This document shows positions 45,762-57,207 of a stretch of 64,000 nucleotides of DNA, in pieces. The notes below the pieces were generated by a model that was not told the origin of the DNA, ran no database searches, and saw nothing but the letters and a program-made list of their open reading frames with translations. The stretch is from Myxococcota bacterium (GTDB taxonomy: Bacteria > Myxococcota_A > SURF-8): contig CAXXQS010000001.1 of assembly GCA_963674735.2 (NCBI GenBank), positions 960,001 through 1,024,000 of the forward strand. The letters run 5' to 3'. Both the position numbers and the translations under genes were made by a program. The first letter of the stretch is position 1; every line of letters starts with the position of its first letter.

Positions 45762-47147
45762 ATGTCCACTGATGTAAAAACAAAAAATCTGACTGAACTG
45801 GGGGCCGGCTCCGCAATTCTCACAATGGCTTTGCCGGCCACCGGAACCATGATGATCGAAGGCCTTTACCATCTCGTGGATACGTTCTGGGTTGGCAAGC
45901 TTGGTGCAACGGCTCTTGCTGCTGCTTCCGCCTCCGCTTTTATCTTGTGGATGTTGTTTTCCAGTTCCGATATCGTCGGCGTATCAACGAATACCCTGGT
46001 TGCACAAAATGTAGGAGCGGGGCGCGACGATCGCATCAAGGATGTCGTGCGTCGGGGCATTGTCGGATCTTTGATTCTCGGCTTGGTTGGCGGGGCGCTT
46101 GTTTTTCCTTTTCGGGAAAGCTATTTTTTGTTGCTTGGCGTCGAAGTCGAGGTGGCTCGCCTGGGGGGCGGGTATCTGGCTCCGTGGCTGTTGGGACTAC
46201 CGGTCATCATGATGACGATTGTCGTGCAGGCGGCTTTCAGGGGGGCAGGAGACGCGAAAACGCCAATGTTATTGATGGGAAGTATGGTCGCGTTCAATGC
46301 CGTGCTGGACCCCCTGCTTATTTTCGGTTGGACTTTGGTTCCGGCTTTTGGGCTCAAAGGCGCCGCTTGGGCTAGCGTTTTTTGTCATCTTCTCGGAAGC
46401 GTAGCTGGGGCGCTGATCTTAAAGAAGAGGGGGCTTTGGCCAGACTGGAATGGTTCCCGATTTTTTTATGTGCGTATGATTGAATGGTGGGAAATGCTTC
46501 GTATTGGCGCGCCTTTGGCCCTAAACGGAATGTTTTTCAGCCTGACGTACATCGGGCTGACCGCCGTTATCGCGATTTTTGGATCGAACGCAATCGCCGC
46601 CATCGGTATCGGGCATCGTCTGGAATCGTTTCCGTGGTTTATCAGCTATGGGTTCTCCGTTGCTGCGGCATCTTTGGTCGGTCAGTATATGGGTGCAGGC
46701 AAACCGGAAGAAGCGGCAAGGGTGGCGTGGCGCTGTTCGGGGATCGCCACTGCTTTTATCGTTGTGTTTTGCTTGGTTATTCTATTATATGTGGAACCGC
46801 TGATTCGGTTTTTCATCGATGATCCGGAAGTCGTGCTGGAAGGAAGTCGCTATTTACGAATTGCCGGGATTTGCTGGATTGTCGGAGTGCTGGAGGTGGT
46901 GTTGACAGGTGCATTTGGAGGCGCGGGACATTCTCTTCCTGCCTTGGCTATCGGGGTTCCATTTACAGCGATTCGTATTCCTATGGCCTATTTGCTTGCG
47001 GTTTCATTGGGAATGGGAGTCGTTGGTGTGTGGTGGGCCATCGGATTGTCGATGGTTGTTAAGGGGCTTTTGATTGGGATATGGTTCAAACGTGGAGGAT
47101 GGAAACACTCGCATATGTCCATTGACACAGTTTCGTCAGGTCTGTGA
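45762..47147 (+). CDS. MATE-family efflux transporter
   Basis: VDTFWVGKLG, RGAGDAKTP, LDPLLIFG and about 12 TM segments. Confidence 0.92.
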   Translation: MSTDVKTKNLTELGAGSAILTMALPATGTMMIEGLYHLVDTFWVGKLGATALAAASASAFILWMLFSSSDIVGVSTNTLVAQNVGAGRDDRIKDVVRRGIVGSLILGLVGGALVFPFRESYFLLLGVEVEVARLGGGYLAPWLLGLPVIMMTIVVQAAFRGAGDAKTPMLLMGSMVAFNAVLDPLLIFGWTLVPAFGLKGAAWASVFCHLLGSVAGALILKKRGLWPDWNGSRFFYVRMIEWWEMLRIGAPLALNGMFFSLTYIGLTAVIAIFGSNAIAAIGIGHRLESFPWFISYGFSVAAASLVGQYMGAGKPEEAARVAWRCSGIATAFIVVFCLVILLYVEPLIRFFIDDPEVVLEGSRYLRIAGICWIVGVLEVVLTGAFGGAGHSLPALAIGVPFTAIRIPMAYLLAVSLGMGVVGVWWAIGLSMVVKGLLIGIWFKRGGWKHSHMSIDTVSSGL

Positions 47148-47295
47148 AACACTGGAATTGACTGAACGAGTTGTGCCTGTTATAGACCGTGAATAGGATC
47201 AGTGAAAGTGGATCAATGGGCTAACTTGACCGCAAGGACAAGTTGTGCCAGGATGCGGGCTCGTGGATCGATATTACGGGGAAAGAGAGATTGAC

Positions 47296-48348
47296 ATGCG
47301 GACACTTCTGGACACACCGGCCCAGTTGGTTGAAAACGGGAAAGTATGCGCGTTTGGGCACTTCAAGACGCCTTTTCGGAACCTCAACATATTAGATGCG
47401 AACATTCGTCCGGATAGTCATGTATGGCCGCAAACTTTCAATCGTTTTCGCCTGAAGGAATGGCAGCATGTGGCCGTGATCCACGATGAGTTGTTCCTGG
47501 GTTTCATGTTGACCACGACCCATTATCTCGATGCTTCGTTCTGTTACGTTGTCGATCGTGAAAGCGGCAAAATTGTCGAACACCACCGTCAAGCTCCACC
47601 TTTTGTGACACGGGTTCCGCAGGAATTGTGGAATGGTGTTGGGGGATATGCCGTTAAAGGCTACGAGATCGGGCTCGAAAATACGCTTGAGATGAAGCGG
47701 CATCGTTATCGTATTAAAATCGAGGCCGAGAAAGGGTTGGCCGCCATTCAGGCCGATCTTACCTTGCACGAAGACTTGTCTACCGGTCAGCCGTTGATCG
47801 TGGTTCTTCCCATCGGTCCCAACCGGCCGCTTTACACCCACAAAATGGTCTGCCCGGCGGAGGGGACACTCAAACTGGGCGATCGCCAGATTACGTTCGA
47901 TCCCATGCATGATGTCGCGCTCTTAGATGTTCAGAAAACGTATTATCCCTACAACACATTCTGGAATTGGGCGACTTTCTATGGTCGTGGTGCATCGGGC
48001 GAGGCTTTGGCGATCAATCTGGTCGAGAACATCATCGATGACGATGAGACCTACAACGAAAACACCTTGTGGGTGGATGGGGCGATTTCGGGGTTGTCGG
48101 CGGTTCGTTTCACGATCAACCCCACCGACATGCTGGCCCCCTGGCACATCACAACCACCGATGGCCGTTGCGATTTGACCTTCACCCCCCAAGGGGAGCG
48201 TGCCGAGCGCATCAATATGGGGCTGATTTTGTCCGACTATCACCAGCCTTATGGAACGTTTTCAGGCCGTGTGGTTGACGATGCCGGTCAAGAACATATC
48301 GTGTCCGATGCCTTCGGAGTCACTGAACATCACCTGGCGCGTTTCTGA
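47296..48348 (+). CDS. DUF2804-like protein (second paralog)
   Basis: LKEWQ, YTHK, WNWA, ENTLWVDG and HQPYGTFSG...EHHLARF. Confidence 0.75.
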   Translation: MRTLLDTPAQLVENGKVCAFGHFKTPFRNLNILDANIRPDSHVWPQTFNRFRLKEWQHVAVIHDELFLGFMLTTTHYLDASFCYVVDRESGKIVEHHRQAPPFVTRVPQELWNGVGGYAVKGYEIGLENTLEMKRHRYRIKIEAEKGLAAIQADLTLHEDLSTGQPLIVVLPIGPNRPLYTHKMVCPAEGTLKLGDRQITFDPMHDVALLDVQKTYYPYNTFWNWATFYGRGASGEALAINLVENIIDDDETYNENTLWVDGAISGLSAVRFTINPTDMLAPWHITTTDGRCDLTFTPQGERAERINMGLILSDYHQPYGTFSGRVVDDAGQEHIVSDAFGVTEHHLARF

Positions 48349-48418
48349 TATCGTTTTCGGATATCCATTTGGATCTTGTTTTTTATACCTGTCATTGGAC
48401 GATGGCAGGTTTTTTTAT

Positions 48419-48445
48419 AAAAAACACCCTGCGTTAGACGCAGGG
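48419..48445 (-). terminator. Probable terminator
   Basis: ccctgcg...cgcaggg stem with a T-run on the minus strand. Confidence 0.5.
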
Positions 48446-48489
48446 CGGAATATGGCGCGAATCGAAGCAATATCCAGTTTGTCGGCTGT

Positions 48490-48969
48490 TTAGGAATCCA
48501 GCTTTTTAAGCTCGTCAAGCAGTTCGATTGAACTCATCGACATAGCTTTAGTCATCAGATCGTTTACTTTTCGTGCGGTTTCTTCGCTGATTGTTTTGAT
48601 TCGTTTCGAATAGGCATTGGTGATGGCTGCCAGTACTTCCTCGAATTCGCAAGGTTTTTGCAAATATTCGTAGGCGCCATCACGGGTGGCACGTTTGGCG
48701 GAATCGATGGTTCCATGCCCGGTGAGAATCACCACCTCCATACGCGAGTCGCGGGCCTTGTAATGCCGCAGTAGCTCTTCGCCTTCCATATCGGGCATTT
48801 TCAAGTCGAACAGGCCGACGTCGAAGGTTTGATTTTCCGTCTCCTTCAGGGCTGTAAGCGGGTGAGAAAAAGATATGACGTCGAGATCGCGAGCCTTCAA
48901 GCGTTTGGCCATGTATTCGAGGAACTCTTCCTCATCGTCCACAAAAAGCAGTTTGATTTTGTCTGCCAT
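48490..48969 (-). CDS. Response regulator (receiver domain plus short tail)
   Basis: VDDE, DLKMP, TGHG and KP. Confidence 0.9.
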   Translation of the reverse strand: MADKIKLLFVDDEEEFLEYMAKRLKARDLDVISFSHPLTALKETENQTFDVGLFDLKMPDMEGEELLRHYKARDSRMEVVILTGHGTIDSAKRATRDGAYEYLQKPCEFEEVLAAITNAYSKRIKTISEETARKVNDLMTKAMSMSSIELLDELKKLDS

Positions 48970-49083
48970 GGTTTGTCCTCACCGATAGATTTTACTCGTC
49001 AAAATTCACAGAGATTATCATACCAAGGACCGCTCCAGACTGCCAACTATTCCATCGATCCGGAGCGATCCCAAACAAAAATG

Positions 49084-50703
49084 TTACTTCGTGGCGTCGA
49101 GGGCGGCTTTCGCGGTTTCAAGCAGATCCGCCGGGAATCCGACAATATTGAAAACCCCCATGAATCCGACGATCCAGACCACAGCCATCGAAAGCACCCA
49201 CAAAAGGAATCCATACTTGATGAAATCCATGGGATGGATCATGCGTTTGCCGGAATCGGGATACATGCCGAGTCCGTAAACAATGGCGTTGTTGGGGGTT
49301 CCGACGATGAGGAAGTGGGCGAAACTGGTCGAGAAAGCCACCGCTAAGCCGATGGCCCAGGGTTCGCCTGCTACACCGCTCATGATCCCCATGGGAATCA
49401 CGATCGGACCAAGCAAAGCCGTGGTTCCGGCGTCCGACATAAAGTTGGTGATCAAGCCCGACATGCCGGACATCCCGATCCACAGGCCAAGTCCCGATTC
49501 CATGCCGACGGACGTCAATACACTCAGCGAGCTTTGCGCCAGCCACAGCGCCGCTCCACTTTCTTTCAGAAGTGCGCCCATGGTCAAGGCACCACAATAC
49601 ATGAACCAAGCATCCCAACTGATGCCGTTTAGGATTTTGCGCCATTCCGTCGTGCGGAAAAGGACCGGAATCACCAAGGCGAGAAGGGCTGGACCTCCGA
49701 GGCCCATTTCCTCGCCACCGAAAATCCATAGAACCAGGATGAGCAACAGCATGCCAAAAGTGACATATTCCTTGTATTTCATCTTCCCCATTTTACGGGT
49801 CTCTTCTTTGATCGCCTTGAGACCGGGGGTGAGATCCTTGGTTTTGATTTTGCCGCCGAAAAGCACCAGCATGTAAACGGCCACCAGAATTCCGAGAATC
49901 GGGACCAGCGGCAGACCGTATTTCATCCACGTGAAGAAATCCATGGGGACGTTGTATTCGGACCAGAGTCCCATCATGATGACATTACGTCCACCGGCCG
50001 CCGGGCTGCCCACTCCACCGACGTTGAGCGAGAAACACAGAGCGAACATCAGAAATTTGGCCAAGGCCGGATCGTGTTCAATCGGGTGTCCGGGTTTGCT
50101 GCGGGCGGCCACCGCGCCGAAGTAAACCGCCGCCATAACCGGGGTCATGAAGGCACACATGGCGTGGGCTGAAATAAACGAACCCAGTATTGACATGCTG
50201 ATGCACATGACGAACACCGGCACAAGGAAACCTTTCGTCCAGCCCAGCATCCAGTTCGCCAGGCGTTTGTGGAGACCGACATCGACGACGGCGACACCCA
50301 TCGCTAAAACACCCAATAAAAACAGGGGTGCATCACCCGCAAAGGTCTTGCCGATCATGTTCATGGGTAGCAGATGGAGGAAGTAGGCCAGCATCGGCAT
50401 CAGGATGCCGGTCAAGCCGATGGGAATGGCTTCGGTGGCGAAAAAAACAATTGCCATGGGGATCAGGCCCAGGACAATCTGGGTTTTGCGCGCTGCACTT
50501 GCCGTGTCGTGGGCGATCTCCCACTCGATCATTTGCTTGGCGACCCCGAATTGGTCAACCGTGTCGATTAGGGATTGGGGAGTCGGCATAAGGAAGCCGA
50601 TAATCAAAAACAGGCCGACTCCGACGCCAAGCCACAAGCCTTTGTTGCCAAGGAATTTCATGAGGGTTCCACCCCCACCGGCCATTTCAATTTCATGACT
50701 CAT
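49084..50703 (-). CDS. SLC13/DASS-family anion (sulfate/dicarboxylate) permease
   Basis: TEAIP, LHKRLA, GSPAAGGRN, TNFMSD and GTPNNAI. Confidence 0.88.
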   Translation of the reverse strand: MSHEIEMAGGGGTLMKFLGNKGLWLGVGVGLFLIIGFLMPTPQSLIDTVDQFGVAKQMIEWEIAHDTASAARKTQIVLGLIPMAIVFFATEAIPIGLTGILMPMLAYFLHLLPMNMIGKTFAGDAPLFLLGVLAMGVAVVDVGLHKRLANWMLGWTKGFLVPVFVMCISMSILGSFISAHAMCAFMTPVMAAVYFGAVAARSKPGHPIEHDPALAKFLMFALCFSLNVGGVGSPAAGGRNVIMMGLWSEYNVPMDFFTWMKYGLPLVPILGILVAVYMLVLFGGKIKTKDLTPGLKAIKEETRKMGKMKYKEYVTFGMLLLILVLWIFGGEEMGLGGPALLALVIPVLFRTTEWRKILNGISWDAWFMYCGALTMGALLKESGAALWLAQSSLSVLTSVGMESGLGLWIGMSGMSGLITNFMSDAGTTALLGPIVIPMGIMSGVAGEPWAIGLAVAFSTSFAHFLIVGTPNNAIVYGLGMYPDSGKRMIHPMDFIKYGFLLWVLSMAVVWIVGFMGVFNIVGFPADLLETAKAALDATK

Positions 50704-51296
50704 GGTCGCTCCTTACCCAATCTTATGTACTGAATTCCTGGTTGCCTGGAGTCTGTCTAATCTTTCATTTACGGGTCAATCAAATTTTTGGTGATCCCGT
50801 CATTCGTTCCTCTGGCTGTTTCATTGCTATCAGCGCTTGGAGTAAACAGCGACCCTAGACCCATAGAGCTGAAGTGTTAAAGATCTGTATCAACTTATTT
50901 CTACACCTGTATGGTTTCACTTCTCGGGGGTCTGGCTCTCTTCTGCTAAACCAATTCGCGAGCCTATTGTCGCGGTGGTCGCCCATTTTTTCAAGCTTAA
51001 AACTTATAGAAAAGGCTTATACTGCTGGTGAAAGAAACTTATAAGAAATAGCTATCTTTATAAATGCTTGAAAATAGAAGGAATAGCGGGTGCTCGGATT
51101 TCTGATTTTCAGTTAGAACTTTTAGTAATTGATCGTTGGAGGATTTCGCAGAGGGAGGGTGGGGCAAACGGGGGAAGCTATGCCTCCCCCAGTCGTTATT
51201 AGGCAGGGGAAAAAGCGGGGAAGGGGGGAAGGATGAAAACGCCAGGTGGAAGCATTGGCAGGGGTATTTTTAGTCCTGATTCGCATTGAATCAGTT

Positions 51297-51713
51297 TTAT
51301 TTGTAAAGAGCGAGGATTGCCTGATCGAGCGCATCCGGGTCAAAAGGCTTTTGCAAAATCGGGATGCCCTGTTTTCGTACCTGATCGATCTCGGTATTTG
51401 GAGTTAATCCTGTAATGACGATAATGGGTATCTCCGGGTGACTGGTGCGTAGATGCTCGATCAAATCAAATCCCGAAGTTCCGGGCATGGTTAGATCTGT
51501 CATTACGAGATCGATTTGACCGTGGTCAGCTTGATCGAGAATTCCGAGAGCTTCTTTGCTGGAGGTTTTGCCCACGCATTCATACCCAAGCAAAAACAAC
51601 CCACGACAAATGCTTTCAACCTGAATCGGCTCATCATCTAGAACAAGGATTTTCATGCCGTGATTTCGAATCCTTTCCAAGTCGTCTTTGATGGTTCCGG
51701 AAAATGCGTGCAT
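51297..51713 (-). CDS. Single-domain response regulator (alternative start at 51656)
   Basis: LDDE, TDLTMP, ITG and KPF. Confidence 0.85.
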   Translation of the reverse strand: MHAFSGTIKDDLERIRNHGMKILVLDDEPIQVESICRGLFLLGYECVGKTSSKEALGILDQADHGQIDLVMTDLTMPGTSGFDLIEHLRTSHPEIPIIVITGLTPNTEIDQVRKQGIPILQKPFDPDALDQAILALYK

Positions 51714-51752
51714 CGCTGATCTCCGTTCTTCAAATTACCTACCTGGATATTA

Positions 51753-51768
51753 AGCAATCTGTGTGCCA
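51753..51768 (-). promoter_or_regulatory. Sigma-54 (-24/-12) promoter
   Basis: The minus strand reads TGGCAC-ACAGA-TTGCT, an exact consensus match, about 40 nt upstream of the CDS and beside an NtrC-type gene. Confidence 0.8.
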
Positions 51769-51981
51769 ACGGATGGTGAACTCTTTAAAAGTCTGTGATA
51801 ACGAGCATTTGTCTTGTGCTTGAGGTGGGGGCGGTTTTCATGCTGTGACTGGGGGATCTATATCAATTCGGAACAGGAAGCGACTTAACACTTTGTATAT
51901 TCTAGTAAATCACCTATATATCTCATTTTGGCATAGCTCAAAACGGAATCATTTCATACTACGAATAAATACGGAGGGCGG

Positions 51982-53346
51982 TTACTTGGTTCCGTAGGCT
52001 TTCAGTTTGCGATGCAAAGTTTGAAGCCCGATACCAAGAACGCGTGCGGTCCGACTTTTATTGTTGTCCAGTGCTTCGTATGTTTGCAGGATATGGCGCC
52101 GTTCGACGGTTTCCAGGGGTTCGAAAGTTATGGTTTCACCCGTGGTGACTGTGGGTGCCGCTTTTTCAATTGTGGGACTGATTTTGATGCGCAATTCACG
52201 CGGCGTGATCACCCCTTTTTCGGCCAAGTTCACAGATGCTTCCATGACTCCTTTGAGCTCGCGTATATTGCCGGGCCAAGCGTAGTTGGTAAGTAGATCG
52301 GTTGCTTCCGGGTGCAGATGCATCTGCGGCTTCAGGCTGTTTTTGATGAATGCTTCTGCCAAAAGCGGGATATCGTCTCGTCGCTCGCGCAAGGGGGGGA
52401 GGTGCAGGTGGGCGAATTGCAGGCGGTAAAACAAGTCCTTGCGGAACTGGCGCTGCTGGACCATCTTCTCCAGATCCTGATTCGTGGCGGCGACGAAACG
52501 CAAATCGGCTGCCTGCGGGCGTGTTGCCCCGACGGCGGTGAATTCGCCTTCCTGTAAGATTCGTAGTAGCTTCCCTTGAATTTCCAAAGAGAGATCGCCG
52601 ATTTCATCAAGGAAAAGGGTGCCGCTTTCCGCCTGCGACATATAACCCTTCTTGTCTCGGTCGGCACCGGTAAAGCTACCTTTGATGTGGCCGAAGAACT
52701 CCGACTCGAATAAGCTTGGAGACAATGCCAGCATATTGACGGGTACGAAATTCGCGCGTTTGCGGCGACTGCTATCGTGAATCGCGCGTGCCAGCAGTTC
52801 TTTGCCCACACCGGTTTCGCCTGTGATGAGGACCGGAATGTCGGAAGAGGCGTGCAATTCGGCTTCGTGCAACAGGCGTAGCATACGCGTATTGCCGGTA
52901 ATAATACCGCTGAAAATCTGCGGTTGCTTGAGTGTTTGTGCGGCGGCTGTTTCCGAGCGAAGCCGAAGGCTTTCGAGCAAACGCTGGCGTTCCAATGCGC
53001 GGTCGAGGGCATGGGTGAGTTGTTCGGGCGTGATCGGTTTGACCATGTAGTCATAGGCTCCCAGTTTGATCGCTTTGATGACCAAAGGGATACTATCGTG
53101 AGCGGTGATCATGATGCACTCGGTTCGTGGGCTTTTCTCTTTGATGATGTGCAACAAGTCGAGCCCGTCCATTCCGGGCATGGTGACATCCAGAAACACG
53201 GCATCGAAGCTCTGTTTCTCCAAAATTGCCGGGACGGTGGTGGGGTCGGACGCGGTGTGCAGATTTTCGTAGCCTTCGATACGCAACATGCGAACTACGC
53301 TGTCGAGAAAGGCTTGCTCATCGTCCACAATCAGTATCGACGTCAT
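51982..53346 (-). CDS. Sigma-54-dependent NtrC-family response regulator
   Basis: Receiver domain, GETGVGKE, GSFTGA, FLDEIG, WPGNIREL and a Fis-type HTH. Confidence 0.95.
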   Translation of the reverse strand: MTSILIVDDEQAFLDSVVRMLRIEGYENLHTASDPTTVPAILEKQSFDAVFLDVTMPGMDGLDLLHIIKEKSPRTECIMITAHDSIPLVIKAIKLGAYDYMVKPITPEQLTHALDRALERQRLLESLRLRSETAAAQTLKQPQIFSGIITGNTRMLRLLHEAELHASSDIPVLITGETGVGKELLARAIHDSSRRKRANFVPVNMLALSPSLFESEFFGHIKGSFTGADRDKKGYMSQAESGTLFLDEIGDLSLEIQGKLLRILQEGEFTAVGATRPQAADLRFVAATNQDLEKMVQQRQFRKDLFYRLQFAHLHLPPLRERRDDIPLLAEAFIKNSLKPQMHLHPEATDLLTNYAWPGNIRELKGVMEASVNLAEKGVITPRELRIKISPTIEKAAPTVTTGETITFEPLETVERRHILQTYEALDNNKSRTARVLGIGLQTLHRKLKAYGTK

Positions 53347-56300
53347 GCGTTCTGCTCCTCGCGATAGGCGGGCAAATCGATGGTGAAGGTCGTTCCTTCA
53401 CCTTCCATGCTTTGCAAGTCCATCCGGCCTTCGTGTTCTTCTACAATGCGGTGCGAAATGGCCAGTCCCAAGCCGGTTCCCGAATCGCGCCCTTTGGTCG
53501 TGAAAAAGGGATCGAAAATCTGGTCGCGAATCGATTCCGGGATACCGCTGCCGTTATCGGCCACCGTCAGTCTTAGCCAGTCGGATAATTCGGGATGCGG
53601 TTGGGCTGTCAGTTTGACCCAACTGTTTTCTTTATCGGCCGCCTGACCGGCATTGATGATCAGGTTGATTAAGACCTGTTCGATCTTACCCGCGTTCATC
53701 ATAACCGGCGGGAGGGTGTCGGCCACGGAAACTGTGAGGTTTTTCACCATTTTCTGCACTTGTTTGCCGATCAGCGTCATGACATGACGGATGACGGTTT
53801 CGATGGACTCGGGTTTACGTTCTTCTATCTCGTGGCTCCGGATATAGTTTTTCAGCTCCCCGACGATACCGGTGATGCGTGAGGAACCATGAGACATGTT
53901 GTCGATAAGCTTGAAGGTGTCGTCCAGGAAGACATCATAGGGCATATTGAGAAAGTGCAAGTTTGGTTTTTCTGCGGCGGCCTCGTCGAGAATCGGCTTG
54001 ATGGCTTCGATGTAACGGCGCAGGATCGGCAGATTGAAGTAGATGAAATTGTTCGGATTGTTTATTTCGTGGGCGACACCGGCAATGATCTGACCCAGTG
54101 CGGCCATTTTTTCCGAGCGGAACATCTGCTGTTCGGCTTGTTTACGCTCGGTAAGATCGAGGAAAGAGGCGACACGTTGGTTGGAGTCGGGTACGAGGTT
54201 GACCATTATCAAGCCGACGTGTGTTTTACCGTTACGATTGACTAGCCGTACTTCGTAGGTATTGGGCGCGTGGGTTTGACCGGATCTGTCAGAATCTATG
54301 TGCTCATTAATGCGGCACACTGAGTCCTTATCGAAAAAGGTGGTCCAGGGCATGTGAGTTTCAATTTCTTCGCGCGGATATCCTACCAGGCTTGCAAAGC
54401 CCGAATTAGCCAAACTGATGATGCCGTTTTCTCCGAAAATAATGGTTCCGGTCCCGGTTGTTTCAAAGATCGTTCGGTAACGGGATTCCGAGGCTTTGAT
54501 GGTTTGTTCAGCTTGTTTGCGTTCCGTAATGTCGAAACTGGTTGAAATATAAGCTTCTTCTCCTTCGTATTCGAATTCTGCCGCCGTCAGTTCGATCCAG
54601 CGTGTTTCCCCATTTTTAAGCCGGACCTTAAGCTCGACCCTTTCTGGAAAAGGCTTGTCATCTTTCATGTATCCGAACTTGAGTCGTTCCATCAAGGTTT
54701 GACTTTCCGAATCAAACATCTCGCTGGGAGATTTCATGGCCTTTAAGTCGTCGATTGAGTAGCCGGTATTTTTGATCGCTGCCCGATTGGCGTATATCAG
54801 ACGTTCGTTGGTGGCGATGAAGATAGCCGCACTGGTGCTGTCGGCCAGAGCGCGGAATTTCTGCTCGCTTTCGACTAGAGCTTGGGTGGTTTTTTTATCT
54901 TCCGTGATTTCCTGGCCAACCCCTTCCATGTAATCTTTTTCCGGAAAGGCGCGGGCCGAGAAACGTGTCCAGATGATCTGGTGGTCCTTTCGGTAGAATG
55001 AAACTTCGAAGTTGTCGATGAGATTGTCGTTTTCTTCGATGTGTCGGTATAGACGATCTCGCTCGTCCGGGGTGACCCAGGCAGATTTCATGCTGAAGTT
55101 ATCGAGAAGGTCATCAATGGTGTCAAAGCCGAAAATAAGCGCCATGGTACGGTTGGCTTCGAGTATTTTACCGTCGCTCATGCGAATGCGGAACAGGCCG
55201 ACCTGAGCATTTTCAAAAATGGTTCGGTACTTGGCTTCCGATTCCTTGAGTGCGGCTTCGGCTCGTCGTCGATCCGTGATATCGAAACTGGTGATGATTT
55301 CCGCTTCTTCACCTTCGATCAGCAAACGACCGATGGTGGTCTCTACCCAACGTTCTTCTCCCGTCGCTGTCCTTAGACGTAGTTCAATCTTCTCGGGCCA
55401 GGGCTGTCCGTCGGCCATAGCGGCAAATGTCTTGACGAGAGTCTGGAGGCTGTCGAGATGAAGAATGTCCTCGTTTTTCAACTGGTTCAATTCTTCCAGG
55501 CTGTAGCCGGTGATGGCGCTGGTCGCCCGGTTTGCGTAGATCACTCGATTGCTTTTATTGATGTGAATGGCGGCGCTGGTCGATTCTGAAAGAACGCGGA
55601 ATTTTCGTTCGCTTTCCATCAACGCTTCTTCGGCACGTTTGCGCTCTGTGATGTCGAAACTGGTGGACAACAAGACGGGGCGGCCTCCCACCTCCAAGCG
55701 TGCGCGACTCATTTCGAACCAGCGTTGATCGCCATGCGCATTGATGATGTCGACTTCCATGCGTGTGGGTTCCGGTTCGCCGCGAGCTGCCAAGGCATCG
55801 GCATGTTCAACAATGGTACGACCCTCTGCGCCCAGCAAACGGTTGGCATCAATTTTACGCAATTCTTCCCAGGAATAACCCGAATTCTGGATCGCAGCCG
55901 GGTTGGCATATACCACGCGGGAGGCTTCGCCGTCGGGTTCGGTCATGAGGATCATGGCGCTGGTGGTTTCCGCCAAGGCACGGAATTTCTCTTCGCTTTC
56001 AATCAGGGCCGCCATGGCCGTCTTTTCGTCGTCGATACTGGTTCCCAAGCCCTCCATATAGCCTTTCTCGGGAAAAAACCTTGGCGCTGAAGCGCACCCA
56101 AACGGGCGAGCCGTCCTTGCGGATATAGCGAGTTTCGAAGCGATTTACCGCTGCCGTGGTCTGGATTTCATGTTGCAAACGTTCATGATCGGCCTGATCG
56201 ATGTAGTTTTCTTCGAGGTTATATTCTTCGATGAATGTCTTGACGTGGGTGTAGCCAAAGGTTTCGGCCATGGCTTTATTGGCGTCCAGGATTTTCCCAT

Positions 56301-57207
56301 GGGTGTCTGTGCGGAAAAGACCGACCTGGGCGTTTTCGAAAATCGTGCGGTAGCGCCGCTCGCTTTCGGCTAGTTGTTCTTCGCGTAGAATCAGTTTGCG
56401 CGACAGAAGGGCCAGTCCTAAGCCTAGCAGAAAGCCGAGGATAAGGGCGAGGTTGACCATGGCAGAGGCGGCGAAGGTGCGTGCGGGTGCGAGTGTGAGC
56501 GTGTAAACACGATCGCCCACTTCGAATGCGTGGGAGGCGCGCATGGGGTGGTGGTCCAGATGGCCAGGGTTGCCGGATTCGTAGACGGGGATTTGGCCAT
56601 CGACGATGCGAACGGCATAGTGCTTGCGAAGATTGGAATCCAGACATTCATCCACGATGGGGTTGATACGAAAGGCCATATTGATGACGCCCTGATGCTC
56701 CCCGTTTTTCACCACCGGGAAATAGGCGGCGATGCCGGTGCCGCCTTGGTATAACTCGATGGGCGGTGTGAAGCGGATATCCCCGGTGGATTCTGCCGAT
56801 CTGAAAAACGGACCAGCAAAAGGGTGTGTACGCAGGTTGCGGCCTAAAGCTTCACGGTTGGGTTTTAGCGGGACCACCCAACGAATGATTCCGTCGGTGT
56901 CCACCCAATTGATAGCCAGCATGCCTTTAAGGTGCCGCTGAATTCCTTCTGCCAGTTGGGTAAAAGCGGCTTGGCTATCGAGGCGTCCGGACTTTCGCGT
57001 TTCCACCAGTTCCTTGGCCCGCAGGATTCGTACTTCAAAATAATCTTCTAGACGGATTGCGACCTGCTCGGAAGTCAGGATCGTATAGGCATGGGCGGAC
57101 TTGAACTCCCGGTGTCGGCCGAAGATGGAAATGCCGATGAAGATGGTGGCGATCAAAGCGAAAATCGCTGTTGGTACCCAGATGGACCGCCGGGAACGCT
57201 TTTGCAT
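53343..57207 (-). pseudogene. CHASE-like + 6 PAS sensor histidine kinase interrupted by a one-base frameshift (ORFs 55999-57207 and 53343-56057)
   Basis: Removing one T from the T6 run (56073-56078) gives FSAKVFPEKGYMEG, matching the paralogous PAS text FSARAFPEKDYMEG. AHEINNP H-box and HATPase are intact. Confidence 0.8.
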
